A stretch of 64,000 nt of DNA from Octopus sinensis (GCF_006345805.1 NC_043001.1:109306001-109370000); one strand, 5' to 3'. Counted from the stretch's first letter, positions 40,090 to 55,260 are shown. Translations and numbers: made by a program. Notes: a model not told the origin generated them from the letters alone.

Positions 40090-40218
40090 ATTTACTCACA
40101 TGCACATACACATATACATATACACTCACACACGTTTACATACGTAACTCAAATTTATAGGAAAACGAAAGACAAAGACAGGTGTAGTAACACCAAAATA
40201 CATACATATATGCATATA

Positions 40219-40258
<40 letters not shown>

Positions 40259-40695
40259 GGATGCTTATAACAAACCCAGTGATGCCTTTAAACTTTTGGA
40301 AGTTCATAGAGATGGCTGATTTTATAGTAATAGTATTTGTTTTATTACATTACGATAACATAGGAATAAAGCCAGAATTATGAGGTTATAAAGTTAATCA
40401 TAATTGACATTATATTATTAGATGTCATAAAGTGACTATAAGAATCATAATTATTCAGAGAACAAACCGAATGGAGATCTACATCGTGCTACAAATTTAG
40501 CCTTACTGTTAAATTTTGGCACCCATTAGACTATATAATAAAAATGCTAAATAGACAAAAGAGAACAAAAAAAATACAAGAAAAAGGTCAGATAATTCTC
40601 TAAATGTCACTGTTAGTTTTTGGATCCATTTTGTACGTTCGACAAAACAACCTCTTTGGTACCATGCTAGTTGCCCCGCAGTGGTGCTTCTAAAG

Positions 40696-41378
40696 CAGCA
40701 TTTCTCAACTATAAGGCGGCGAGCTGGCAGAAACGTTAGCACGCCGGGCGAAATGCTTAGCGGTATTTCGTCTGTCGTTACGTTCTGAGTTCAAATTCCG
40801 CCGAGGTCGCCTTTGCCTTTCATTCTTTCGGGGTCAATTGAATAAGTGCCAGTTACGCACTGGGGTCGATATAATCGACTTAATTCATTTGTCTGTCCTT
40901 GTTCGTCCTATCTGTGTTTAGCCTCTTGTGGGCAATAAAGAAATATGTATTTCTCAACCATGAACCCCTTTGATTCACTTCTTTACTCATACAGTCTCTC
41001 CTAGTCATTCGATCTTAAAAGAACTATTATGTTTTTATAATTGAGCTGTCAGAAACGTTAGCGCGCCGAGTTCAAATTCCGCCGAGGTCGAGTTTGCTTT
41101 TCATCCTTACGGGTCGATAAATAAAGTACCAGTTTCGCACTGGGGTCGATGTAATCGACTTAATCCCTTTGTCTGTCCTTGTTTGTCCCCTCTATGTTTA
41201 GCCCCTTCTGGGCAGTAAAGAAATATATAACTGAATGTTATTAGAAATTGCATAAAAATAATCATTGGAACATTTTGTGTATTGTAGAAGCATAACCAGA
41301 TTATTGGAGATAAACTTTAACGGCAAAATCTTATATGGGCCGCCAAGGGCCCATATGAACCTCGGTTAAGAACCACGG
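40696..41378. mobile_element. Probable hAT (Charlie-like) MITE carrying two SINE-A insertions (40715-40945, 41043-41225)
   Basis: Ends CAGCATTTCTCAAC... and ...GGTTAAGAACCACGG; flanks TTCTAAAG and CTCTGATG resemble a decayed 8-bp NTCTAGAN-type TSD. Confidence 0.5.
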
Positions 41379-41822
41379 CTCTGATGTTTAGATATGTATT
41401 GTTTAGAGTCTAAAGAATGGATATTTGAAAGCTACGTTGATGACAGTTTGATGAACATATTTCATCATGCAAGTTGTAGCGTGAAAGGAAATATTATATA
41501 TGGAGGCATACAACAGTATGAAAATAAATTGTGATGCCCTAGATACAGGCATACCTCAACTGACGTCGTTTCGATTTATGTCTTTCTCATTCCACTTACG
41601 GTCACTTTGTTTTATAAAGAAACTCATGAAAGAAATAAAAATCAACTTTAGTCGATTTACCTAACCTTACATCGACTTCAGTAAACATATTCTTGAGCAT
41701 AGAAATTAAAAGAGACAAACACCTATAACTCAATACTGGAGTGGGAAATCAGATAACATGTATGTGGAAATATATAAAAGGTATACGTTAAAAACAGATA
41801 TCAGCTAATAGAAATAAAAATA

Positions 41823-44670
41823 AACGCGCCCTTTTAAAGTCTAGCCAGCCTCATGGGCCCGGTTTCCTGGTTTCAATGGCGTATACGTTCCCCAGTTGGA
41901 CGGGACGACAGTCCATCGCAACGTTACTCATTTTTGCCAGCTGAGTGGACTGGGGCAATGTGAAATAAAGTGTTTTGCTCAAGAACACAACGCGTCGCCC
42001 GGTCCAGGAATTGAAAACACAATCTTACAATCATGATGCTGACACCCTAACCACTAAGCCACACGCCTCCATATAAGCTAATAGATATTTTAAAATTATA
42101 TGTTTTTTCGTGTTACGTCGATTTCGAGTTGCTTGACTTGGAACCAATTAACGACTTACGTTGAGGTATGCTTAAATAGCTTAAAAGAGGGGAAATTAAA
42201 GTAGAATTGAGACCAGTTTATTCGTACAGGCAACACACACTAAGGCATGTATCGATTGAATCAGTTTACCATTGACATTGTTATCCACGTTTACTTAAAT
42301 CTAAACCAAATGAAATGCAATTCAAATTAATATGATGAATGGTCGTCAGCGACTAAGTTCTTGTATCCTTGCTCCTGGGACCCTGGAATATATAGATATA
42401 CGGACGTACATATGTATGCATTTATGTATGTATGGATGGATGAATGGATGCGAAAGAGCGTGGTTTAGTGGTTAGGGTGTTCAGCTCTCCATCGTTGATT
42501 TGATATCTGGTGGCGCATCGTGTCGTTGAGCATGGCATTTTAATTAACCCAAAGCACCAGCCTTGTCATATTCTGTGCCGTAACGAATCACCTTGAGGAC
42601 CGCGTTAAGGTTTACACACGTCTGATGAGTTTTTTGCCATTTGCACTTTAATTTCACGAGCATGCTGTTCCGTTTAGCAGATCAACTGGAGACCTCGTCA
42701 TTGTAACCGACGGAGTGTCATTTTTTATGTATGTATGTATATATGTATGTTTGTATGTATGTATGTATGTATGTATGTATGTATGTATGTATGTTTTGTT
42801 TTATGTTTGTATTCCCATGCATTTAGTTGCATATCTAGACATGCTAATATATATTTAAAGGATAAACTTTTGGAAAGTTTTGCAGATTTTTACAGTTCCA
42901 GTGATGGATTGTATCTGTAGTTTTCGAATTAGCTTTCCCCTTTCTGTTTTTGAGGAGCCTAATTTCTGAAGATTGGTATTTTGGCAGATGAATGTATGTG
43001 TATGTATGCAGTGTATGTTTCTATGTATGTATGTATGTATGTATGCAAGCACGAACATTTGCACGTAGTGTATGTATGGATGTATGTACGCAAATGTATC
43101 GTGGCACTCCGTTGATTACGACGACCAGGGTTGCAGCTGAACCGATCAACGGAACAGCCAGTTCGTGAAATTAACATGCAAGTGGCTGAGCACTCCACAG
43201 ATACGTGTACCCTTAACGTAGATCTCACATCTTTGAAATACAGGTACAACAGAAACAGAAAGAAACAGAAAGAAAGAGTGAGAAAGTTGTGGAGAAAGAG
43301 TACAGCAGGGTTCTCCACCACCCCCTGCTGGAGCTTCGTGGAACTTTTAGGTGTTTTTGATTAATAAGCACTCAGTACGCCCGGTCTGGGAATCAAAACC
43401 GCGATCTTACGACCCGACCGCGAGTCCGCTGCCCTAACCAAAGTTTCATTGTACATCCATTCGTGTATGTATATATAAATGTTAGATAGACGAATGGGTA
43501 AATATATCTCCATATCTCTTTACTTATGAATCGAATCAGTGATGTAAATTCACACCGCTTTTACAACGGTTCTGTACATCTACTCACTTATTGACTTAAA
43601 TTTGGCGCTCTGCCAAGCCATGCGCCCCTGTATATTCTCCATGTATAAATATCTGCAACTTCTTTATTTACATATTCTCGTATTGATTTACATTTCAAGC
43701 GAACGATCCATTCTTGATACCATTCATACATCAATGCTGTTATATTTATAACTTTTTACTGTACAAAGATTCTTTAAGTTAGTTTTCTAAATAAATAACT
43801 ACATCGACAAAACCATGTACATATTCATCAATTCATTTATAAATACTCACAGGCTCAACCTCAACACACACGCACCGAAAGAAAATGTATATGTGTGCAT
43901 AAGTATATATGTTTACATGTATATGCAGATATAAATATTAATCGATACATTGTTTAGTCATTTGACTGCGGCCATGCTAGAGTCTCACTTTATAGGGTTA
44001 TTTAAATCGAACAAATCGACCTCAGGACTTATTCTTTGTAAGCCTAGTACTTACTCTATCTGATTTGTTTTTTTTTTGCCGAACCGCTAATTTACAGGGA
44101 CGTAAAAATACCAACAACGGGTGAGAAGTGATTGTTGAGAGGACAAACACAAACACAAACATAGATTTATATATATATGGAGCACTGGGGTGTTCCGTCG
44201 GTTACGACGACTAGGTTACAGTTGATACGATCAACGGAATTGCTTGCTCGTGAAATTAACGTGCAAGTGGCTGGGCACTCCACAGATTCGTGTACCCCTT
44301 GACGTAGTTCTCAGGGAGATTCAGTGTGACAACAGAGTGTGACAAAGCTGGCCCTTTGAAATACAGGTACTACTCATTTTTGCCAGCTGAGTGGACTCGA
44401 GCAACGGGAAATAAAGTGTCTTGCCTGGAATTGAACTCACGACCTTGCGATCGTGAGCCGAATGCCTTAACCATTAAGCCATGCGCCTTCACATACACAC
44501 ACACACACACACACAGACATATATATAGGACAGGCTTCTTTCAGTTTCCGTCTTCCAAATTCACTACCAAATATACACTTAAGACTGCTGTAGAAGGTTC
44601 CATGCTGTGGGACTGAGTCGAAATCATGTGGTTGGGAAGCAAGCTTCTTAACACACAGCCACGCATGCGT
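41823..44670. mobile_element. SINE-C group cluster (41823-42072 -, 42455-42720 +, 43101-43460 -) and a SINE-C copy (44183-44492 -) nested in the microsatellite of a SINE-B (43955-44670 -)
   Basis: Shared head and tail modules with 39605 and 56666; SINE-B halves on either side of the nested copy. Confidence 0.8.
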
Positions 44671-45124
44671 CTACACTCACATATACATACATCTAGTGCC
44701 CTATTAAGACGTATAGGGGCACTACGCACTTAAAAGATTTAGATGACACCCCGACCATATAAGTATTTCAGAATTTAAACAATACTAAACCATGAAATAA
44801 AGTTTGTTTTCAAAATGAAACAAAACTAACAGTAAGATGGAAAAGAAAAAAAAAAAGGTTTAATTTTGCATATTTGCTCTTTATTTATATTTCCATGTGT
44901 TAATTGTGAAGTCTTTGATCAGATCCCCACGATGGCACAACGAACACTTCGAAATTATATAAGCCTTTTCTAATATTATTTTGGCAAGTTTAAAGTGGTT
45001 TCTTGGTATACCTTTTACCATTTCTGTGATGCACGCGTCCTCTTGATACCCGAAACACGTGCATATTTTGGTTTATGTTTAAATCAGAGTGCATTTATCG
45101 ATAGATAGATAGATAGATAGATAC

Positions 45125-45162
<38 letters not shown>

Positions 45163-45878
45163 GCATACGTACATATATACATACATATTTATATACAGAA
45201 ATACTGATTATGCTCAGGATAGGCCTTGCAAGGTTATTGTCCAGTTAAGGAGCTCCCCCCTCAAAAAAAACATTGATTTAAATTGCGTAAGTTATTGGAA
45301 TAGCGTGATGCCTTAAGCAGCAAACATGCGCTTTACAGGTCCAGTTAATGAACCTGCGAAACGGATGAGCTACCCTTGGGCCACTGGCTCGTACGATGCA
45401 GTACACACACATATATATATCCTTAGATTCATGTGTATACACACACACACAGAAACGCACATGCACACGTATTTAAAGAATGATCTTGAAAGTTATCAAT
45501 TAGTTCAAAGAAAAAAACTTTGGTAAACAACATGACACAAATCTTTTAGAATGAAGGTTTTCAATTTTACGTAGGCACTTTCGTTGTTCACATTTTCCAA
45601 CACGCGTGTTAAATAATTGATAAATTTCTTTAAATATTGTCACTGTATAAAGTACATCTTGCAAAACATGTATACATACGTTCATACATACATAAATACA
45701 TACATACATACATACATACATGCATGCATACATACATACGTGTATATATATATGTATATGTGTGTGTGTGTGTGAATGTATATATATATATATATTATAT
45801 ATATAATATATATATATATGTATGTATATGTTATGTATGTATATATGTATGTATTATGCATATATGTATATATATATG

Positions 45879-45910
<32 letters not shown>

Positions 45911-46131
45911 AATATATATATATATGTATGTATTATATATATATGAATATGTATATATATATGTATATATATATGAATATATATATTATATATATATATA
46001 TAATATATGGATATATATATATATGCATATATATGTGTATATGTATGTATATGGATATATATATATGCATATATATATGTGTATATGTATATATATGGAT
46101 ATATATATACACATATGTGTGTGTATGTATG

Positions 46132-46191
<60 letters not shown>

Positions 46192-46695
46192 GGCATGTAT
46201 TTATGCATGCATATACACCCTCACACACACAAGTGCATAGGGACAATATATAAAGAGTTGCAGACACATAACTATGTCTAAGAATTCTACTACCGTCACT
46301 GTTAATGGGTGTTTTGCCTTCTTGCAAATCTCTTGTTTTTCTTGTTAGCGTTACTTCAATGCTTTTTTTTTTTACGTGTGATTTATTAATGTGAGTATTT
46401 CTTTTTATTCTCTTCTATTTAGAAAACAAAATTTAACCCGTAGTTAAGGAACAAGAAATTAGAGTTTCTTTTCTTTCGTTCTCGTGTGTGACCGTCGACT
46501 GTGAGTGCGTGTTTGCCCTTAATCACCCTTCATGGGTTTCCGTTCTTGTTATGCAGTTATAATATATTTTTGTATTTATTGCAAGGTATGTATGTATATA
46601 CTGTGAATTTACCAAAAACAAACAAAACAAAAGACGAAACGGGTGTGTAAACAACAGACAGATGTATTAGTTTAACGCTGGGGAAGTGAGAATGT

Positions 46696-46732
46696 CTTTT
46701 ACATTTTGAACCTCCGCTCTTCAACAGAAAAG
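46696..46732 (-). ncRNA. Decayed copy of the 8199 minimal hammerhead
   Basis: TTTT-CTGTTGA-A-GAGC(GGAG)GTTC-AAAA-TGTA-AAAG; flanks homologous to 8160-8260. Confidence 0.5.
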
Positions 46733-46799
46733 AACACAGAAATAAACAGAGAGAAAAATATAAAAAAAAGGTTTAGTGGCTAGCGATCAATCATGGCGA

Positions 46800-46854
<55 letters not shown>

Positions 46855-46856
46855 AA

Positions 46857-46920
<64 letters not shown>

Positions 46921-47380
46921 ATTAGGTCTGCACAAATTTTCCTGTATTTAAGGCATTTGTGACCAATAAAAATAGCCGACTCTCACTGTTTTCTTAAGGT
47001 AGTGGAAAGAAATTGTGCGAGGACATTTTTCAGGCCTGTATTGACCGGATAACTGGGTATTTTGTGCGGGGCTTCTCCTGCAATACGCTCATGTTATTTC
47101 TCTCACTTAAGGGTTTTCTTGCTAAATTTACATTTTCAAATATTTTGTCTGTCTTAAGTTAATTTCCTGAATGATTTGTTAAATAGATTGACTAAGTATA
47201 CACTTATTTAAATAATTTGGTGAATGCTAGTTAATGCTCTCCTTTTGTATCTTTGCATTGTGGTCAATGTCTCGGGCTCTTGTGACCGATAAAAATATGT
47301 CTTAGATTCATTCTTGTTCCTCTTGATGAAATTAATGGATATGCACAAATGAACAGGGAACATCGTCTTCCCTCAACTGC

Positions 47381-47486
47381 ACAAAACTTGGTCAATGTAC
47401 TTTTCTACTCTAAGCAGAAGGTTCGAAATTTAGGGGAAAGGGAGCAAGTCGATTAGATCGACCCCAGTACAAAACTTGGTCAATGT
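47381..47486 (-). mobile_element. 70-bp 5'-truncated SINE-A type-2 tail with perfect 18-bp TSD
   Basis: ACAAAACTTGGTCAATGT at 47381-47398 and 47469-47486. Confidence 0.9.
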
Positions 47487-48321
47487 CATCATGTCTTCAT
47501 TTTCCATTTGAGGGGAATGCTAATGGTCGAGAAATTATTACAGACCATATGTAAATTATTTTGGAAGCTGGGCATTGTTTTGATGCAACGATCAATGATT
47601 TGGTTTCACCAATGGGTTGAAGACATGAGAGAGAGCTTATAACCGTATCAGTGGTCGCTTCGATTTATTGGAAGATTTTTTATTGTTGCTGTAGTTTAAC
47701 TGACCGACGTTGAAATACGCTTCTTTCCTCATCATTTCATCTTATGTTTAGAGTCAGTGAGTATAAAATTGTTTGAAATTTTCACACAAGGCCGGCGATA
47801 GACTACAGTCGATTACATATATTATAGTATTTAAATGTTACTTTATCTTACCGATCTTAAAACGATGAAAGGCTAAGCTGACTTTTGAATTCAGATTAAG
47901 GAAAGCCGTAAGAAACAACGCTAAGCATTTAGTTCGATGCACTAATGATTCTACCAGTTCGCTGCTTTAATGGTTTGAAATTTTGGCACGAGGCCAGCAA
48001 TACTAGCAAGGAACATTATCGACTATATTAACAACAATTGCTCGACTACTATTTATTTTACTGACACCGAAAGAATGAAAGACAAGTTTGCCCTCAGCGG
48101 GGGGTTTGAACTCATATTGTGTATAACATTATGATATCCAGTGTATCAACGCTTTTTCAAGATGATAATAGGGCGTGAATTTCTCGAAAGGCTCGACTCC
48201 TTTTTCTATACAGGTCATACAATTTCTGATTTTCTTCCATTCATTTTTTTTATGTAAGGTTGATAGAATTGTGTAGTGTTGTACAACATTTGTCAGTCTA
48301 TGAGCTTATATTTGTTGTTGT

Positions 48322-48902
48322 TTATTTATTGTCCACAAGGGGCTAAACATAGAGTGGACAAACAAGAAGAGACGAGGGGATTTAGTCGATTATATCGACC
48401 CCAGTGCTTAACTAGTACTTATTTAATCGACCCCGAAAGAATAAAAGGCAAAGTCGACTTCGGCGGAATTCGAACTCAGAACATAGCGGCAGACAAAATA
48501 CCTATTTCTTTACTACCCACAGAGAGGAAAAACAAATACAGACAAACGGATTAAGTCAATTATATCGACTCCATTGCACAACTGGTACTTATTTAATCGA
48601 CCCCGAAAGGATGAAAGGTAAAGTCGACCTCGGCGGAGTTTGAACTCAGAACATAGCGGCAGACGAAATACCTATTTCTTTACTACCCACAAGGGCTAAA
48701 CACAGAGAGGACAAACAAAGACAGACAAACGGATTAAGACGATTATATCGACCTCAGTGCGCAACTGGTACTTATTTAATCGACCCCGAAAGGACGAAAG
48801 GCAAAGTCGTCCTCGGCGGAATTTGAACTCAGAATGTAACGGCAGAGGAAATACCGCTAAGAATTTCGCCCGGCGTGCTAACGCTTCTGCCAGCTCGCCG
48901 CC
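48322..48902 (-). mobile_element. SINE-A trimer: one head + three bodies
   Basis: Junctions (+ strand AAATACC|TATTTCTTT) at about 48502 and 48672. Confidence 0.92.
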
Positions 48903-49584
48903 TTCTATGAGCTTATTTTGACGGGGTGATTGTTGCTTCTCAAACATCCAAATTCAGTTAAAACACACCAATCAGATACTTTGACTGGAATATATCGATT
49001 ACAACGCCTCCTCCAAATCTGATTCTTGCCTTAGGATTCCTTCAGCAACTGATTCCTCTTTTTTTTTTTTTTTTGATGATGAGCAAATTCCTTACAAATC
49101 AAATATTTCAAAGTAATAGTCTACTTGAAAGCAAAACGAAAAAAAAAAGGTCTCGTGTTCGAATTTTGATCAGTTTGACGTTGTCTCTGTATTTCACCCT
49201 ACGAACTAGAGATGATCCGTTTGCTTGCTCTGTTACACGGAGTGCAAGTCATGTGGCTAAGAATTTAAAAGTGCTAGGCATACAGTCATAAAAGGTCGCG
49301 GGTTCGACTTCCGGAATTCCTGAGCCGAGCGCTCATATAAACACATACACACACCTATACGCACACACCTATACCAACAAAAGTTTTTTAATGAATGCAC
49401 TGAAAATAGTCAATACAAAGACCTAACGCACACACATACACAACGCCTTAATTAAATAAGGAAATGAATAATATCGTTCCAAGTTCGTTTATACGGTCTA
49501 GCACCTTGAACAAATGTCTTTCACTGTAGCCTCATGTTGATAACAGCGTTCCATTCGGCAGACAGAAACTGAAGTACGTCGCGC

Positions 49585-49666
<82 letters not shown>

Positions 49667-49681
49667 ACACACATATATGTA

Positions 49682-49730
<49 letters not shown>

Positions 49731-49840
49731 CTATATGTATATGTCTATATGTATATATACACACACATATATATATATCTACATATATATAGACGCACAA
49801 ATATATATATATACATGTATATACAAATATATACATATAT

Positions 49841-49882
<42 letters not shown>

Positions 49883-49894
49883 ATATGCATATAT

Positions 49895-49932
<38 letters not shown>

Positions 49933-50568
49933 TATATATACATGTATATATGCATATATTTATATATATATATATTATATATACGCTATATATAAACATC
50001 ACTGTATATCTATTTTATTATAAATGCAAAACAAGACCACGGAGGAATCGACGTAAGCTTCAATAATAAACTGCAATAGGTGAATCGCGATAGGTGAACC
50101 GCAATATGGCGAGGGATTACTTTTCTGCATACTGGCCTGTACACGCGATTTATTTGTTAAAATATTTCTTAAAATATATATTTTCATAAAAACTATCTTC
50201 CAAAAACACTTGACCATAAAAGGCATCATTCTTTAAAAACTCAGCAGATACAACACAAATTTGTTTTCCCGATAAACTATTTTTTTAAAATAAATTCTGG
50301 TACAACCTTCAGTTGAAAAAACTTTTCACGCATACATACAAATAAAGAAAAAGAAATTTAAGTAGAGAAATAAACAATATCACTCGCCCCCAACTGCTGA
50401 ATCATAAACAAAAAAAATATTCCACCCACCTAGAAGAGCCAGTAATACGAACATGACATGACAGAAATAATATATACAACATGTAAAACAGAATGGCGGA
50501 ACACAAACAGCAGATCATACACATAAACCTACGGATACAGACATACCGAAGCACACACATATGTATAT

Positions 50569-50622
<54 letters not shown>

Positions 50623-50754
50623 ATTTAGAGAAAAACCTCTATTAAACAATTTAATAATGAAAGATGTTATTCACACTATATAGAAAACATATACTATAAA
50701 ATCCCCTTATTTTAAAAATCAATAAAGTAAAATAAATTGTAAATAGTATTAAAA

Positions 50755-50868
50755 AGACTTCACACGTTTCTTGGCTATATTTTCAAATAGATAATAAAAT
50801 CAATTCGATTTAAAGTTGAATTGAACTAAAATTAATTTTATGTAAACATATAGTCACTCATCAGGTCT
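50755..50868 (-). ncRNA. Type-I hammerhead motif with mutated cleavage triplet
   Basis: AGAC-CTGATGA-GTGACTATAT...ATATAGCCAA-GAAA-CGTGT-GAA-GTCT. Confidence 0.6.
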
Positions 50869-51783
50869 AAGATAATAATATAAAATAATAATAATAAATA
50901 ATGATAATAAAATAAAAATACTTAACTTATACTAATTATCAAGTAAATATATAAAAATACTTCTATTAACTATAAATAATCGAAAAACATTTAACAATAT
51001 TTCTTAAAATAAAAATATAACTTATCATGTGGAGATTTAATGAAAAAATAAGATATATTAATGCTAATAGTAATAATCCACCCTCTATTAAGAAATCATT
51101 GATAGAGAGAATAAAAAGACAGAGAATAAAACAGAAAGAGAATATAAAATGATTTTGGAGCTAGCGATCATTCATGGCTATGTATGTATGCATGTATGTG
51201 TATATGTATGTATGTATGTATACACCACCAATACCGTGGCGTAACAGTATCGCCTACAGATCGCGGTAGCCTGAAACTTAAGTCGCGAAGCAGAATTTCA
51301 GCATCAGTTTCAATTAGTAAGTATACATACATAGACACATATATTTATACACACACACACACGTCACATGTATGTATATATGTATGTGTGTTGTGTGAGC
51401 ATGTAGGTATCTATGGGTGTTTGTCTTTATGCTTGTCACCCACCACTGCTTGACAAATGAAATCGCCTTCTTTACGTCTTACGTCCCAATAGCTTAATCG
51501 TTCGGCAAAAATGAAACCGATGTTATAAGTACCAGGGCCGATTTACTTCACTAAAACCGTCAATGCGGTGTTCCAGCATGGCCTATCCACAGTTTAATAA
51601 CTGAGACAAAAGAGTAAGAAGGATCTCTCACTCATACTCTCCCTCATCCTCTGTCTGTCTCTCTTTATACATACATGCATGCATACATGCATACATATAT
51701 ACATACATACATACGTACATACATAATACATACATACATATACACACACATACTTACATACAAATATCCATACATATATTTAT

Positions 51784-51841
<58 letters not shown>

Positions 51842-51983
51842 CATATAGAGATATGTATGTGTATAATATGTATATAATTTAACACACACACCAGTAAAAT
51901 TTCCACTCATTGCCTTCTCTATTTTCCTAAAAGTTTCCGTTGCGTCTTGCAACCTTATCAATAGTTGTTCAATTGTATATATA

Positions 51984-52032
<49 letters not shown>

Positions 52033-53386
52033 TGTGTGTGTGTGTGTGTGTGTGTCTGTGTGTATGTGTATACAGTCGTATATAGCAAGGAAGCAGGAAC
52101 TCTATACAGAGATAAATATAATTTAATGCTCCACGTCACTTCTGATTGAGCAAATCTCTGATCAATGATAACCATCTTTTACCAGAGATTTTTTATTTCC
52201 ATGATAGGGTGTAAATATTTCAAATGCATTTCATACTTTCAGATAGTATGGGCGTGGTTTGAATCTAATTTATCAAAGAACCTTATACAGTAAAACTTTT
52301 GGTTCGATTTAATTGAGAAATCATTATGGCTGACCTTACATCATAATCAACGAAATTTCTTCTAACGTAATTCTCTTTAGCGGAAGAATGAGTTTTCATT
52401 CTTACGCTTGATGCGTTTATTTTCTATAAATGCAAAGAAAACTATTTTGCTACCAGTGATTCAATTTACGCAAAATAATGCACACATTTAAACAAATAAT
52501 GCGCACGTAATTCGTAATTCCAGTATCTTCAAGCAAGACAATAGATTTCTTAGAGGTAAATTTTGATTTCAATCAAGGTGTTCATCAGAAATTACAACTA
52601 ATCTATCGCTTAATTGTTTTGTTTATTATCCTAATTCATTCTGTTACACTGAAGAAAATTCTCATGCCATGTGCGCAATCTTATAACTATTAAACTTAAT
52701 TTTCGAATCAGAAACTTTAATTTTATGCTTGTAAAACAATGATGTTCTTTCTGTAATTGTTACTTGGCCTACTTATTGTTACAGCTAAAGCAAAATTTCC
52801 TAATAATGCTTTCTACGATGGTCGTCAAACCTGCTAGAAATAACAGCTAAATCTCCATGCTTTTGCTTTAAAAACAGACATATTGGATCACGTAATCATA
52901 AGCTACATCTGAAAACAAGGTAGACGCGCTTTGATTATTGGTTTGACTGAACATAAACAAGGCAACAGCGGGTTGCATTAACGGGCTTTAATCTTATATC
53001 CAGCTTTACTTAATATGATTATCAAAATGATCCACAAGATTGAGGGCAACGTGAGGCTCATCCGGTTACTTGAAATATTAGCGGGATCAACACGAAATCC
53101 TCCCTACAGTCTTAAAACAGAAGGAGATTTAGAATACTGCCGGTCTGCATAAGCTGACGAACAAAATGGCAAGAAGGTGACAGTGTGCAAAGCTTCGATG
53201 ATAGGTTTGTTTTCTCGAAGCTGTCAGAAGATAAGAAAATAACTAATGTCTCATTCTGGAATGAGTCAATAATTTAAAACATTAAATCTGAAATGATTCT
53301 GTTAAATTAGATTCTGGAAATATAAAGAATGAAAACTCATATGGAATTAAATCTGTACGTGCAGAATATATATATATTTATATATA

Positions 53387-53494
<108 letters not shown>

Positions 53495-54346
53495 TATATA
53501 TGTATATACATACATGTGTGTACACATACATATATATATGTATATATTTAAAGAGAGTGAGAGAGAGGGACGCACATCAATCACTAAGTCCAGCAATCGC
53601 ATTCGTTTTTAGCAAGCGGTATCATTACCCTCCTTTTCTTCAAATATACCTCTATTTATGTATGTATACACAAATATTCTTTTGTGGGGATAATGGTTCT
53701 TGAAGCACATCGCATACAGCTATAAAGAATAGAAAGTAATTATTAGCTGAAGCACGTTTTTAGATAAGCAAAAACAGTCGAATACTAACGGTTGTCTTAA
53801 ATAAACTGTATTTATTGGGATACAAGGAATAAAAACAAATACTTGAGTTTCTAATGATTCAGACAAAATCCTTTAGAGCTGAAACGAATGAAAGAATGAA
53901 ACGAAAGAGGGAAGATAAGGAAACTCCAAAGAAAATAGCGAAGACAGATGATAGGCAAATATAGGCTCACCCTCATGAAATAAACGAATTTCTGCAAGTC
54001 ATCAGAACTAACGTAACTCTATTTCATACGCATTTCGGCAATTTTAAATGCACTAGCTTTAGATGCAATACTTGTTCCAATATCAGCAACTCTAGAGTCA
54101 TCATCGGACCTCAGTCACAGTGCCATGTCATTAACGTCTACTGCATTTCTGCTGCACTTTCTGCAACGTAATCTAATTTTCTCTCTAACAAACATGGCTT
54201 TCGTTGACGAAAGAGATCGCCGCCGCGCCTATCACGTCAAGAAAACATTCTATATGTTCTCCAGCGTAGGCTAGACCGACCAATCACGTCCCTCTCCTGG
54301 TAGGTGTTGATTAGCTACCTATCAGTGTCCAGCATCTCTACACACA

Positions 54347-55260
54347 GCGGAATTTGAACTCAGAATGTAAAGACAGGTGATATAAAGCTAAGCCTGTTGT
54401 CCGGTGCTAACGATTCTTTTCTACTAAGGCCTGAACTTGGGGGGAGGGTGATAGTCGATTACATCGACCATAGTGCGCCACTGGTACTTAAGGATGAAAG
54501 GCAGAGTCGGCCTTGGTGGAATTTGAACTCAGAACGTAGCGGCAGACGGTAATACCTATTTCTTTACTACCCACTAGGGACTAAACATAGAAGGGACAAA
54601 TAAAGTCAGACAAACGAATTAAGTCGATTATATCGACCCCAGTGCGTAACTGGTAGTTATTTAATCGACGCCGAAAGGATGAAAGGCAAAGTCAACCTCG
54701 GCGGAATTTGAACTCAGAACGTAGCGGAAGACGAAATACCTATTTCTTTATTACCCACAAGGGCCAAACATAGAACGGACAAACAAGGACAGACATAGGT
54801 ATTAAGTCGATTACATCGACCCCAGTGCGTAACTGGTACTTATTTAATCGATCCCGAAAGGATGAAAGGCAAAGTCGACCTCGGCGGAATTTGAACTGAC
54901 AACGTAACGGCAGACGAAATACCGAAAAGCATTTCCCCCGGCGCGCTAACGTTTCTGACAGCTCGCTGCCTGAATAATAATAATGATTGATAATAATAAT
55001 AATAATAATCATCTTTTCTACTCTAGGCACAGGGCCTGAAATTTTTAGGGGAGGGGGCCAGTCGATTAGATCGACCCTAGTACGCAACGGGTACTTAATT
55101 TAATTAATTAATTAATAAATAATAATAATAATAATATAATAATAATAATAATAATAATAATAGTAATGGTTTCGAACTTTGGCTGATGCCAGCATGTTTG
55201 AGGGAGGGGGTAAATCGATTACATCGGCCTAACTGCTGAACTGCTATGTTATTGATCCCG
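54347..55260 (-). mobile_element. SINE-A stack: head + two type-1 bodies + type-2 body (54411-54970), plus further type-2 fragments separated by (TAA)n
   Basis: Junctions at about 54556 and 54740; tails at about 55010 and 55165. Confidence 0.88.

Noticed and set aside
53975-54010. CTGATGA-CTTGCA-GAAA on - strand
   Set aside because: No stem II or stem I pairing; likely chance.
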